64,000 bases of DNA, from the NCBI GenBank assembly GCA_035084275.1, contig CM068750.1, forward strand, positions 10,106,001 through 10,170,000. The letters are read 5' to 3'. This document shows, piece after piece, positions 52,326-64,000 of the stretch; position 1 is the stretch's first letter; every line of letters starts with the position of its first letter. Position numbers and translations under genes: made by a program. The notes beneath the pieces were generated by a model, which made no database searches, had not been told where the DNA came from, and saw only the letters and a list, made by a program, of their open reading frames with translations. The stretch is from Hydrolagus colliei (Eukaryota).

Positions 52326-54954
52326 GGGGCAATCCATTCAGAGCTGGTCGCCTGCCTTCCTCCCCACTCCCCCCAGCATCCCTCCCCTCCACCGTGATGA
52401 ACAAATGTTACATATAGAGGAATTTGGAGCTGAATCCCATCAAAATCTGGTGGTTCTAAAGATGAGCTGTGGCTTCAGACCACCTTTGCACCACACAGTG
52501 TTTGCGAAACACAGAATCTATATCCTCTGTCAACTGCTGGAAGCAGGAATTCAGCACCACAGCTAAATAATGTCCCAGTAATGTTGTCAAGCTTGTGTTG
52601 ATGTAATACGTTGTTTCCATTGAACTGATGCTGGAAGTACACTTTATATTCAGTTTCAAAGGCATTGATTGGCAAGCACCTGTTCAACAATGGAATATAA
52701 TCAATGTGATTGTTTGCAGAATAAAACTTAAGATGTGCTACAGATGATTTCATGTGAACTTTTAAACTTAAAATAGTTCATAGAAGTTCTTGTGGCTAAT
52801 ATGAGAGCATGTCTCAGTTCCAGTTCTTTAATGACATGCATATACAGTTCAGTTAGAGTTTTCTGTGCACATCTAGTTGTGAATTTGCAGGACTCTCTGT
52901 TGTCAAGGACAAGAAACCAATGGAGGTGATATATTATTCCTGTTTCCCTGTGTCAAATTACTATAGCACTGGTAACAAAATCAACCATCAGCTAAGGTGT
53001 CAGTCTAAATCAACTGCTGCAATTTGTACTGTTGTACATCAGAAGACTTTAAAAATGCAAGTGTTTCAATAGATCTATCACTGTAGTTAGCACCGAAGAA
53101 GATGAGGGATAGACCACATGACAGCATAGCTGCACTCTGCATATCGGTTGCCAGAGAATTTATTTTAACCTTAGTGCTAACAGGTCATGCAATTAACGAC
53201 CCGGCCAAACGTCAAGTGTGATGTCAGTTTCACAAAGTGCTTTTCTAAAGTTCATCTCCTCTTCATCTTGTCTTTCTTCTTTCTTGAGCATTAATGTGCA
53301 CAAGACCCGAATGCTTTTAAATAAGGACAAACCTTTTTTTGCTTACACATTACTATACATGATTCCTCTGTTTCTTTTCTGACTACTACTGCACACATGT
53401 GTCAGATAGCCCCAAAAGAAGAGAAAAATGTTTTAAGATATTTTAATTGGAGATGATATTTATAATTGAAGGTTAAGTATTTTGCACCACTACGTCGATA
53501 TTACCACATTTTATCTTTTAGTTGCATTATGATTCACAAACTTCTCAAAAGACCACAATCAATCCTGCTTGAAACTGCTGAGATGACAACACACTGGCAT
53601 TGTTTTTATTTCCTTCTTTATTTCCTTTGTTGAGGTAAATCATAAAATCTAATCTGAGTGCTGTCTCATCTGGGTCTAATCTGGGTCTCATCGGTGCAGC
53701 TTTGCCTAGGTTTTCCCTGAGCATCAAGAGGGTAACTTAAAAACCTCGACAAGAGACATTGTAAATGCCCCTCCTAGCACTATGTAATCACTCCAATACC
53801 CAATTGGCTGAATTTGCACGTGAAAGTCTGAAAATGAAGAACAAATAATTAATTAAAGTCAGCTCTTAAATTTTTCCCTTTTGTTGCTCTCTGCAACGGA
53901 TTATTCTGTACCTTAGTACTGTATATATCTCTTCTGGATTCTCAAGCATTTCAATTTGCGTTGATGGCTTTTCTTTCCATGAAAAGCATATTTTGTTTCT
54001 TTGTAGTCTGATTTTTAATTTCCTTTTGAGATCCATCAAATGTGTTTAGGGATAAGAGCTATGAAGCTGATGAGAGACCTATTTCCCATTCAACCACATA
54101 ACCTGTCCTGCAGCTAAAACTAGGCATGTCAAATGGCAGTCAAACCTGCACACTGTTTGCAATTTTTCGAGTTCTGGGAGTACTGAGGAAAACCTGATTG
54201 TTCCTTTTGAATTCCAAAGGATTTTCTTTCTTGAGTAAAAATATTCTTTGTTCAGTATACGTTAGCACTGGAAGCCTTTCTGGTCCTGTTTATTGACACC
54301 GGTACAAGAGCCCTCTTTCCAGCCGGTATATCACTGCAGTACAATAGATGATATTGTAATCAAGCATTTTGCAAGACTGTCCAACGAAACCTAAATCCTG
54401 GTGGTGACTATCCCAGTGAAAGTCCTTTACCAGTCAAAATAAAAAATAAAGCAAGCTTAATGTTCAAAGAGCAAACTAAAAAATCACAACTGTCAACACA
54501 ATGAAACAAAACATGTCTATCTTTCACCTGCCATTGTTATAGTGAAATTCCAGCTTTAAGACCCATGAGTAATCATTTAGTTATGGACAGTGATAGTTAC
54601 TGTAACCAACCGATTATTGTTGCGTTCAACTGGGGGTCACCCACCAGATGAAGCTTGAAATTAATTTGCCTATTGGTCAGTAGTGGAACTGATGAAAGAG
54701 AACATTTATGATTGGAGAAGAAATAAGGAGCATATTTAAAATTTACATGAGGAATGCACGAACCATCAAATGAGTATGATCAGTCTTATATTCTTATTGA
54801 AGCAAGCTGTTGCTAACTCCTTATCCCCAGTCAGAACGTTACATATTTTCCACAAAGGAAAACATAGCAATAGTTTGCCAGACTTTGGTGCATTTAAATT
54901 CCACGTTCACTGCTTTTTTTTTGGCTAGTCAGCATGATTTTGAAAAATTGGAAA

Positions 54955-55152
54955 GGATTATTGTACTCCCGCAAAAGCGATCTGCCAATAGACTAACAAC
55001 TGGGCCAATCAACTAACAACCGGGTTCCTATTTATTTCTAGACAAACAGAGGTGTGTGGAGTAATGAAACTTGCCTAACATTTCACCCTGCCCGGGAATC
55101 AAACCGAGGTCCTCTCGTTTGCAAGGTGAGTGCTCTAACCACTAAGCTACAC
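54955..55152 (-). mobile_element. 5' part of the longer SINE subfamily
   Basis: Antisense tRNA head (GTGCTCTAACCACTAAGCTAC) plus the extra central segment AACAACCGGGTTCCTATT...AAACAGAGG. Confidence 0.8.
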
Positions 55153-55620
55153 AATGTCACTTTGCGTGGAATTCATTTTCATTCTTATCTTCTATATCTT
55201 TACTAATAAAGCAAAATGCCTGTGAGTGTGTCCGCTAAGAAAGCAATAACCGATTGATGCAGAGACATGATTTATACCTCATCGGAAAGGTATGCCCTTG
55301 TTTGGGGGAGCATCATGTACATACTCCCTATAGCAGTCCTCCCAACCAGCAGTGTTCCCACAAGAGGCCTCGCACAGTCTTTGCACTAAGTCCTCCCACA
55401 GGAGTCCTCCCAAAAAGGATATAAGATTCCTTGCATTTCCTTGCATATGTCTGCAAATATGTGAACGGGGATGCTAACATTCAATAACACATTTTCTTAA
55501 TCTTAAGGGATAAAGGTTTCTAAGAAGCGAAGATCAATCCTTTCAAAGACACATAAAAATGCTAGACAAAAGATGACTAAATGAAATTAATTGCAAGTAT
55601 AGATGTAAAGGGTACAGCAA

Positions 55621-55782
55621 ATCATAGAATCATAGAATCTTTCAGCACAAAAGGAGGCCATTTGGCCCATCGAGTCTGTGCCAGCTCTTTAAAAAGAGCA
55701 ATTTAATCCCACTCCCCAGCTCTCTCCCCATAACCACGCAAACCCATCCTCCCCAACTAAATGTCTACCTCTCTTTTAAATG
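55621..55782 (-). mobile_element. CR1 3' tail fragment
   Basis: ATCATAGAATCATAGAAT...AAAAGGAGGCCATTTGGCCCATCGAGTCTGTGCCAGCTC. Confidence 0.9.
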
Positions 55783-57014
55783 ATAAATAATATTAATAAT
55801 GAATTATTGTGCTGTTTCTACGATGAATGAGGGACATTCCAGTGATTGAAGCACACAGTGATTTTAATCAGCTATGTTTCCTTTAATTTAGTATCGAACC
55901 TTTCTATTCACAATACAGTATTATGAATGTGACAAAGTAGGTGTCTTTTGGGATCAGGCTGTTTTAACCTTGTTTAAAGTTGTGTGGGTTTTAGAAACCT
56001 GTTGATTATATAAAGAAGAATCATCTAAGGGACATAAGAAGTTCTACACATTTGAGGTGCTGGGAAATAATAAGATTTGAGTATATCTAGGAGACAGTTT
56101 TGATTGAGTTTTGATAGCAGTGCAGGGAAGAGGAAAAGCATTGGGATGATGCATTTGAATACCGTGAAGAACAAGAGAGGCTTGCTTAGAGAAGCAGTGA
56201 CAGTAAGAGTATCAATGAAAGAGATGTTCAGAGGTGGGGAGGAGGAATCTGAAATCAATTGACGATCATTTTCTTGTATTCTGCCTGTTGCAAAGAGAGA
56301 GGGCCCTATAAAGCCAGGGTTATTTTCCTTTGCATCATTCTCACAACCTCAAAGACACAGTACATTACACAGTAGCTGGAGATGCATGCATTTGGAGTGT
56401 GGGAATAGCAACAGGAATTGTTGTGACAGGTAGAGAGGCAGCAGAGATAATGAGGGAGGAAAACTGAAGGGCAGCTGGGCAGGGTGGATTTTCTATTTGG
56501 TGACTTGGCAAATATGTCACATACCTATCCAATCACAATTGTTTATACTCTTGAAAACTACCCAGTTTGTTCTCTGCTATTACAATAAGACTGATTATTT
56601 TTGTTGGAATATTCATACCTTGAAAAAATAGATTTCACAATTTTTGGCATCTCCATGTTGAATCTGTCTCGAAGCATCATTTTCTAGAACCAATGGGGCC
56701 TTTGTATTTTGAAAAAGAAAGCTAACCACCTGTCCACACAAGGTGCTTCCACTTACTAAGGTCTAATCAGTCTAAATATGTTCGCAATAACAATTGGTCC
56801 AACCGGGAATTCTCTGTAGATATTAGATTTTCAAAGCAACAACCCCACACTCCACACACACACACACATGAGAAGAAGAAATATTCAAGAAGGACAATGG
56901 ATTGCTCTTCCATGTGTGGCTGTTGAAACTGATACCATAACAATATTTAAAATAGACTTGGTTAAAACAATAATGTGAAAGGATACAGGGTAAGAGCAGT
57001 GCGGTAGTTGAACA

Positions 57015-57072
57015 AGTATACACTCGATTAGCTGAATGGCCTCCTTCTGTGCTGTAATTTCTAGGTTCCTAA
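57015..57072 (+). mobile_element. CR1 terminal remnant
   Basis: GCTGAATGGCCTCCTTCTGTGCTGTAATTTCTA. Confidence 0.65.
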
Positions 57073-58149
57073 ACCTTGAAATATCCTCCACAACTAGAGA
57101 AATCAGTGACAGGTGTAATATCTCATAAAAATGTTTAAAGATGTGTTGACTTTACTGGGACTATATTCCCCCCTGGTCCTACTAATAAAATAGCTTTTAA
57201 TTCATCTTCCTGGATTCACTGTGCCAAAAGCCTACCTGTCTCTTCATCTCATCCCCTTGCACTGCAGGATAGAGCCTGTTAATATGCAGTAGTTAATCTA
57301 TTTTTATGGCAACAGAGCATTAAGCTTATATTTTTTAAACCCTTCAGGCTCCGCTGAGTATTTGGGTCTTGGGTTCCTTGCATGTTTTATCCCTTATGAT
57401 TTTAATTTTCTTTTCTAATAAGGACACTTGGCTCTTCGCAAGTTTTTTTTCCCCCCATATAATTAATCCTTCCTCTCAGAAAAGCTTTCCCTGTGTCCCA
57501 AAGCGAGGCTGCAATGTCTCAGGTGTGTCATTAATATCTTAAGTATTCCTGGAACTCTTTAGATATCTTTTCACCAGTGAGGCATTCTTAAGAAATAACT
57601 CATTAAACTTCCATCTTTATGACCTTGTAACCTCTGGATTAAGGCTAAGGGAGTTCCACAGACCATGATCATAGACGGAAATAACATCAATAGCCACATT
57701 GAAAAGTTCCGACACCAGGAAACTAGAGACCAGAGTAGAGTCAATATGAGCATAAATTAGCTAAAGCAGGAAAAATAAACAGTAATGAAATATACAGAGA
57801 GAAAAGAGAAACAAGAAAATTAAAGCGTAAAACAAAGGGACCTTCTCTGAAGGGGACACCCTATACCCCCAATCCCCATCTGCAAAAATACCAAATCAAA
57901 CTTTCACAACAGAGGCCCATTCCCTTTAAATAATGACATGGATGAGATTTTTTTTAAATCATTTTCAGAAAGCATTTTGATATATTGGCAGAAGAAAGAG
58001 GAGAATACAATACTGCTTCACTTCTCCCTACCTGCATTCTGCCTGGATTAAATTTATCTCTGATATTATGTACCTGTAGACAGCATCTAGTGTCTGCTCT
58101 ACTCGATATGCACTTACTTGCAACTAACCAAAACATGACTTTGAGGCTT

Positions 58150-58460
58150 GCTGCCTCCTTACATCAGCTGCAGAGCATTCAGAACTCTGTAGTCTCTGTT
58201 CTCTCCCACAATAGGTTTCACGAACACAACACCCTGTCCACATTTGACCATCAGCTCCCCGTCCCCCAGCGGATCGAATTCAAGGTTCTCTTCCTCATTT
58301 TCAAATGCCTTCACAATCCCTTTCCATCCTACTTCTGGGACCTCCTGCAACCCTTCTGTCCTAGCCACTCCTTCCACTTAACAAACAACACCCTGCTCAG
58401 TATCCTCCACCCACCACACTACTGAAAGTGAGCCTTCAGCCATACTGCCCCATCTATCCC
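58150..58460 (+). mobile_element. Decayed L2 fragment
   Basis: LHQLQSIQNS...HQLPVPQRIEFKVLFLIFKCLH, matching the L2 ORF2 C-terminal 'LHWLPV..RI.FK' motif. Confidence 0.85.
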
Positions 58461-58619
58461 ATCTTTTGTAAAACATATGGGTTCATTCTCATGCTGGATC
58501 CCCCTACTTAAAAGGTGACTCGTGTTTTCTCCTGTCCAAGATTGGTAACCAACACACACCGTACTTCTAAGTTTTTACATAGGTTGGTTGTCCCCAATAA
58601 TACCATTGACTTGTTACCT

Positions 58620-59012
58620 GACACTTTAGCTTCTGAATCAGAAGGTTGTCTGTATCTCATGTCAGGATATTGAACTTATTTAGTCTAGGAGACACTCCAG
58701 TGCAATGCTGGGTATGCTGTTTGTTGGAGGTACTGAACTTTAATTGAGACTTTGAAAAGAGATTCCATTTGCTTGTTCAGGTAGATGTTAAAAGATACCA
58801 TGGCATGATTCAAAAAGAGAAGGGAGTGTCTTCTGGCGTCCTGCCAACAATCCTTTATAAATAATTGATAATTCAATTCATAGCTGTTGTGGAACACTGC
58901 TATATTCACCTACAAAATACCTAATCAATGCACTTTACAATATATTCTGTGAAGCACTTTGTGGCATTCCTCCTCACACAAATTGTGCTACATCAAATCT
59001 AAGAATTATTTG
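58620..59012 (+). mobile_element. Near full-length old DeuSINE (SacSINE1/AmnSINE1-like)
   Basis: CTTCTGAATCAGAAGGTTG head, GACACTCCAGTGCA, Deu core TCAGGTAGATGTTAAAAGATACCATGGCA...GGGAGTGTCTTCTGGCGTCCTGCCAAC, and the same tail as the young SINEs. Confidence 0.8.
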
Positions 59013-59811
59013 TTTACAAAGCTTCTATAAGCTTGCCACATTTCTATTTGCTTGTTTCTTAATCTATTGCCATCACCTTTACTGTACCAACTTTCAACAC
59101 AAAGGCTGAGTGTTCTGTAATGTAAATAAAAGGAAAATTAGCTGAATTTTTTTTACATGCATTTACGTCCATCATATAAAGTCAAAGGAAACAAAATCCT
59201 ATTAACACACAAATCAAGGGTTGGACTTATATAGCAGAGTTAAAGTAAAATGATCAGCCCCAAATTCATCACGTTTTCCCTGACCAACTCAGAATTCAGC
59301 TTCACTATATTTACACTAATGCCCTTTAAACTGATGCATATAAATAAGTAATGAAATATATATATAGTCATCCATCATGTTCCTTTATACATTATGGGAT
59401 TGTCACACCAGTTTCTATCCCTCTGAGACTGCTATGTACTTTTATACTACATTTTATGAAGTAAAGACCAAAACACGTTTAATCAGTCCAGGGAACTCAA
59501 ACCACCCTGCGTACTTAATTTATCCTGAAGTTGCACATTGATTCCGACATTGCAGAGATATAAAAATGCTTCCTCTTATCTCGACTACTCTAGGTACTAT
59601 ATCTGACCTGGGAATACTTTATACTAACATTCAAAATACAGATTTAGAGATGTACCTTTTTAACATTTCAGAGAGACATTCTCTCGGAGACAAGCCCTTC
59701 AGTTATTTTTCTTTGGACTCACAGTCTCTCCTGCCAAAGGACAGTAATTTCTTCAGTTACCTAAGAGACACCTACTTACACTTTTCTCCATAGTCCACTA
59801 TTTCAATCTAC

Positions 59812-59980
59812 AATTGGTCACTCACTCTTTGTGGTTCGTTGCTGTAGCTGCCGTGTTTCACCCACAAAATATACAGTCAATCCACTTTACAGTATATCCT
59901 TCCGTATATCCTGTGAAGGGCTTTGAGACTTCTCAACATTGTGATAAGACACCAACTCAAATGCAAGGATTATTATCATT
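59812..59980 (+). mobile_element. SINE 3' half
   Basis: GCTGCCGTGTTTCACCCACAAAATATACAGTCAATCCACTTTACAG...AAATGCAAGGATTATTAT. Confidence 0.85.
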
Positions 59981-61669
59981 TTATAGTAGGTTGTTTGAGA
60001 TTATTGAATTTTATCTTGTAAAACACTTGTATTTGTATAATGGTCACATTTGTGCTTGTGGGTTGATGAAACTTACATCAATAACGCAAGTGTGGTTAAT
60101 ATACACAACATAGTTCAATCTGCCATGTAAATCTATGGATGTAGCAGTTGCACGGTGCTTATCTGTGCCAACTCAGTGGACATTGTTGTGCATTTACCTG
60201 GCACCACCTTTGGAAAAATAATGGATGTTTCTGTGCTAAGTAACAAAACTTCAGAATTGTAATGCCCTGGATTGCTGTGGAAAATGTGTGTTTTTGAATG
60301 ATGTTTATTGTAAAATGCAATGAGAGACAATAAGTTCGGGATTAATGTATCATATACTGTTGACAAACCTCTTGTAACATATTACCGTGGATGTCGCAGC
60401 GTCAGTGTGTAATTGGCATCATGCAACATACATCAATGCCGGTTGTCGTGCAGAATTCAAACGTGACATTCAAACGTATCCTCTCGTCTTCCATGCACTA
60501 TAATTAAACACAGCAAATCTTCAATACAATGCTCATCAACGACATGAAGAGGAATGTAGAGGCAGATTCGCCAAGTGCCGGGAAATAGCATTGGTATTTC
60601 CTTAGCTGTGACAGCAGCAGATCACAAAACATTTGAGCAGATTATTTCAAGATGACTAACAACAATCAAATGTTGCCAAGGCACCCGCTGAATTTTTTTT
60701 TCCAATGATGGATTTCTTGTCCCTTTTCTTCAAAAGGAGAATAAGCAGCTGCAATCATACACTCCTTCACAATTTCAATATCTATGAATAGTTTCCTACG
60801 CTTGAATAAGGTGCATTGCACTTTCAAGGCTGTTTGGTCAAGATTTTGAAGATGTCACATTTTGATACTGAACCCAGCAAATTAATCCTCTCAACTCTTC
60901 AGTTGAGTAATCTTTGTATAATGTGCATCTGACGTATTCTGTTTAGTTTCAAAACATCACTTTATATCTTCACTTTCCATATTTCCAGTTGATCCCAAAT
61001 GAGGCAACTGGGTTTTGATTTTGGACCCATTGAAATGACAAATAAATGAAAGTCATTCTGTTCCCTCAGCAATAAGCAGGATTCAGAATCAATTTCGTTT
61101 TTTGTGCAAGGGTAGACCATAGTTTGCTTTGGTTCTGGGATGAAGGAAATGTTTTCGTTTTTATTATGGATACTATGGATTCAAACATAAAATGCTAATA
61201 AGTTTATTTGAATGAAACAACATTAGCAAAATAATTGCTGGCTTTCTACACAAAAATGAAAATGGTTATCATTCAAGTTCTTGTGTCACATCAAAATCAG
61301 TGATGGTTCTGAATTTTATTACTACTCTAAGCAATGTGATGGAAAACAGCAAATTATCTTTCTGACCATGAACATTTTTTTGAAGTTATAAAGCAGCTTA
61401 ATTGGCATGCAAATAAGTTCTGGATATGACCGTGGTCCTCTGGGAACAATTACATTTTTACACAGTATTCAATATGTTGCAGACGTCAGAGTAAAATAAA
61501 GTCTAATGGAATAAAACTTGTAAGGATTTTGTCTAACATTGTGAAACATATTAAGCAGCAATATTTCTAAATATTAAAATTCATTATGTACTATTGCCTA
61601 ATGAACTCCACAAAGAGGAGCAAGTGTTGACAAGATTTGGCCAGACAGAAGCCTGTTTTCTGACAATAG

Positions 61670-61995
61670 TAATAGTAACAATCCCTGCATTTGATATAGC
61701 TCTTTATCAAGTTTTCGTGAAGCGCTTTGAGACGCCGTCCGGTGTGGAGGGTGCTATGTAAATCAAAGTTGTTGTTGTTGTCTCATAGCACTTCACAGAA
61801 TATACTTTACAGTGTATTGACTGTACAGTATATATTGTGGGTGAAACGCAGCAGCCAATTGTATAGGCCAGTTTCCCACAAACAGTCGTGACTTGAGTGA
61901 CTAAATTATTTATTTATTTATTTATTATTGCCCCAGGAAAAGCAATCTGCCATAGTGAAAGATGCTCTACAAATGTAATTTTGTTGTGGTTGTTG
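61670..61995 (-). mobile_element. Antisense SINE containing an inserted sense L2-type tail (61717-61780)
   Basis: SINE tail and body in antisense, interrupted by GTGAAGCGCTTTGAGACGCCGTCCGGTGTGGAGGGTGCTATGTAAATCAAA(GTT)n; another short sense tail at ~61955-61995. Confidence 0.8.
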
Positions 61996-62343
61996 TTATA
62001 GTAAAAACATGCTGAAGAGGAAACCACCGTTACCTGAGGTTGGGGGAGTGCCACTGTCTAGATCAGAAAGAAACAAGAGTGGCTGTTATAAGTACTGTAC
62101 TGAACTGTATCTAGAGATGAAGTAGCTGCCTGACAAAATAGGAACAACTTGGAGAGTTATTCATGATCATCAGAGACCAAACCCAAAGCAATGCCTGAAG
62201 TGTTCTGGAAAGAAAGCTGATTTTTGCCTAGTTTAGAAGAATTCAAATTTAGATCAAATTTACCTGTGTCTTTGAGTAACATAAGGCAAGCATCACTCTA
62301 TTTCTATTATCGTAAAGTTGCAACAAATATAGACAAAGAGAAC

Positions 62344-62398
62344 ACCACCACCACCCATCCATCCCCCACCCAACCCCCACAACCCACCACACACACAC
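62344..62398. repeat. C/A-rich low-complexity tract
   Basis: ACCACCACCACCCATCC...CACACACAC. Confidence 0.7.
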
Positions 62399-64000
62399 TG
62401 TAAACCACTATTTAATAATTCTTAAAAATAACAATTTCAAACACCGAGTGAATCCTTCAATGTAGTGAATGAATAGTACTTAGCATTATCCAACTGATCA
62501 ATGGAGTCTAATTCAGAGAGGTGGGAGAGGTTCAGGTGTGCATTTTATTTTTCAAGTTCTGAACATTTTCACCCAGATTCGAAGCCCCAAATAAATTATT
62601 TCTCTAATACAAAATAATTCATATTTATATTGTGCCTTTCATGTCGGTTGGACATCCCAAAGCACTTTATGCTCTGAAGCATCTAGTAAACTATGTACCT
62701 TTTGCAAACTTCAGAAAGTGAAGGATTTAATAATTCAGTCTGTAGTTAGACTGCTTACAAAATTTGTCATTTTCATTGTTCTTTGAGACAGTTTGGAGCT
62801 GAGCCAATCTTGCACTTGGATTGTAGACTTTCTGTGGTTCAGACTTGCTTTCATTTTAAATGGGATGGGTCAACTCAGGTCAAACTGAACTGAGGCCATA
62901 ACAACCAAGAGAAGTGCAATATAATGTCAAGACTAAAACCAAATCTTACAATTACGTACCATATGGTTTTTAATTTTAATTTTTTAAAAACTCAACATGA
63001 GTGTGAATGAAGTTAGTGTACATGTAGCTTATCCTGGCCAGGAAATGGGATGCTGTCATTACCATCAGGCAGGCAATAATATCAGGCCGAGCATAAACGT
63101 ATTATGTAGATATCAGAGCCACTGTTGAAAGTTTGCTGTATAATTTTAACTAAACCTAGCTTTTTAACATTCATTTACTGAATACATGGAAATCAGTTGT
63201 GGTATTAAATCCTTGGAAAATAAGTACAGGGTAGCTGAACATTGCTGAATTAATTTTAGCAAATTAAAATGAAACTTTTTTTAAAAACTTCGGTAAAGAC
63301 TGTGATAATTATAATATGTTTTGGTGTTTTGTAGTTTGTTCTTCAATAAAATATGCAATGGGATAATGGTGGGTATTCTACAGTGATGAGATCAGAAACT
63401 AATGCAAACTAATTTTCTGACCTGGTGACAACTCCCACTGACTCCATTTCTGCCTTTGTTTGTGGGACGTTAGAGTGCAAAATGTCTTAGCATGTGCATT
63501 TGCCCAACAAATAAAAACAAAATTTCAACCAGTTTTTCAAGATTTATTTCTGCATGAATGATTATTTAATTATTCTCCATATGAATCAGATACATACTGG
63601 ACTAATTTTACAAAATAACAGTGAGAACAGAAAATGGCATACCAAGGAGCATTTCCATTCAGCTCAGAATTCAGATCACATTTCGCAATTCCCAGGCTCA
63701 TGATCTGCAGAAGCCTCCATACTGCTGTATGAGAAATGGCCGCTGCAGTGCATGGCAATGTGGTTTATTTCCGGAAGGAATCACACAATCCCAGGAAAGT
63801 TCCATATGTCCCTAAACTCTGTGGTTTTCTTCCTGTTTTATACAAAGATCAAAGTCATGTTGGTTCAAAAACAGCGAAGAGGCAAAGCAGAACTGATTTC
63901 ACTTTGGCCATAAATTATATACTTATTTAAGTTGGGTACATTTATATTTCAATACCTTTACGTTTAATTTGTCACATATTCCTATTCTGAGTTCCTTGTT

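Noticed and set aside
56000-56260. Purine-rich block possibly an antisense ancient L2
   Set aside because: Similarity too weak to support by eye.
1-64000. CRISPR arrays, operons or prokaryotic defence systems; the remaining 60-115 aa ORFs
   Set aside because: The sequence is intron-rich vertebrate DNA with no regularly spaced repeat-spacer array. The short ORFs, many starting at TTG/GTG, are what AT-rich non-coding or TE sequence gives by chance.

Overview
AT-rich eukaryotic (vertebrate) genomic DNA, not prokaryotic. The repeats (tRNA-headed SINEs with a DeuSINE/L2-type tail, CR1 3' ends with ATCATAGA tails, L2 fragments) suggest a cartilaginous fish, possibly a chimaera or elephant shark; this is inferred from memory of the families, not from a search. 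The only protein-coding gene I can support is the 3' end of a long-form DPH6 (diphthine--ammonia ligase) on the + strand. It has three spliced exons (17233-17475, 33700-34096, 45263-45381) encoding C-terminal Rid/YjgF-like domains, followed by a probable 3' UTR and 16-19 kb of intergenic DNA. The rest is large introns holding SINE/LINE fossils, a DIRS-like retrotransposon fossil, two local duplications and several repeat-free, motif-dense blocks that may be conserved developmental enhancers. The most notable points are a probable cryptic extra Rid-like repeat at the DPH6 C-terminus, a composite PBX/MEIS + DR2 nuclear-receptor element, a 23-bp template-switch palindrome inside a CR1, and a ~340-bp intronic direct duplication. 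Almost all other ORFs in the track look spurious or TE-derived. Repeat boundaries are approximate.
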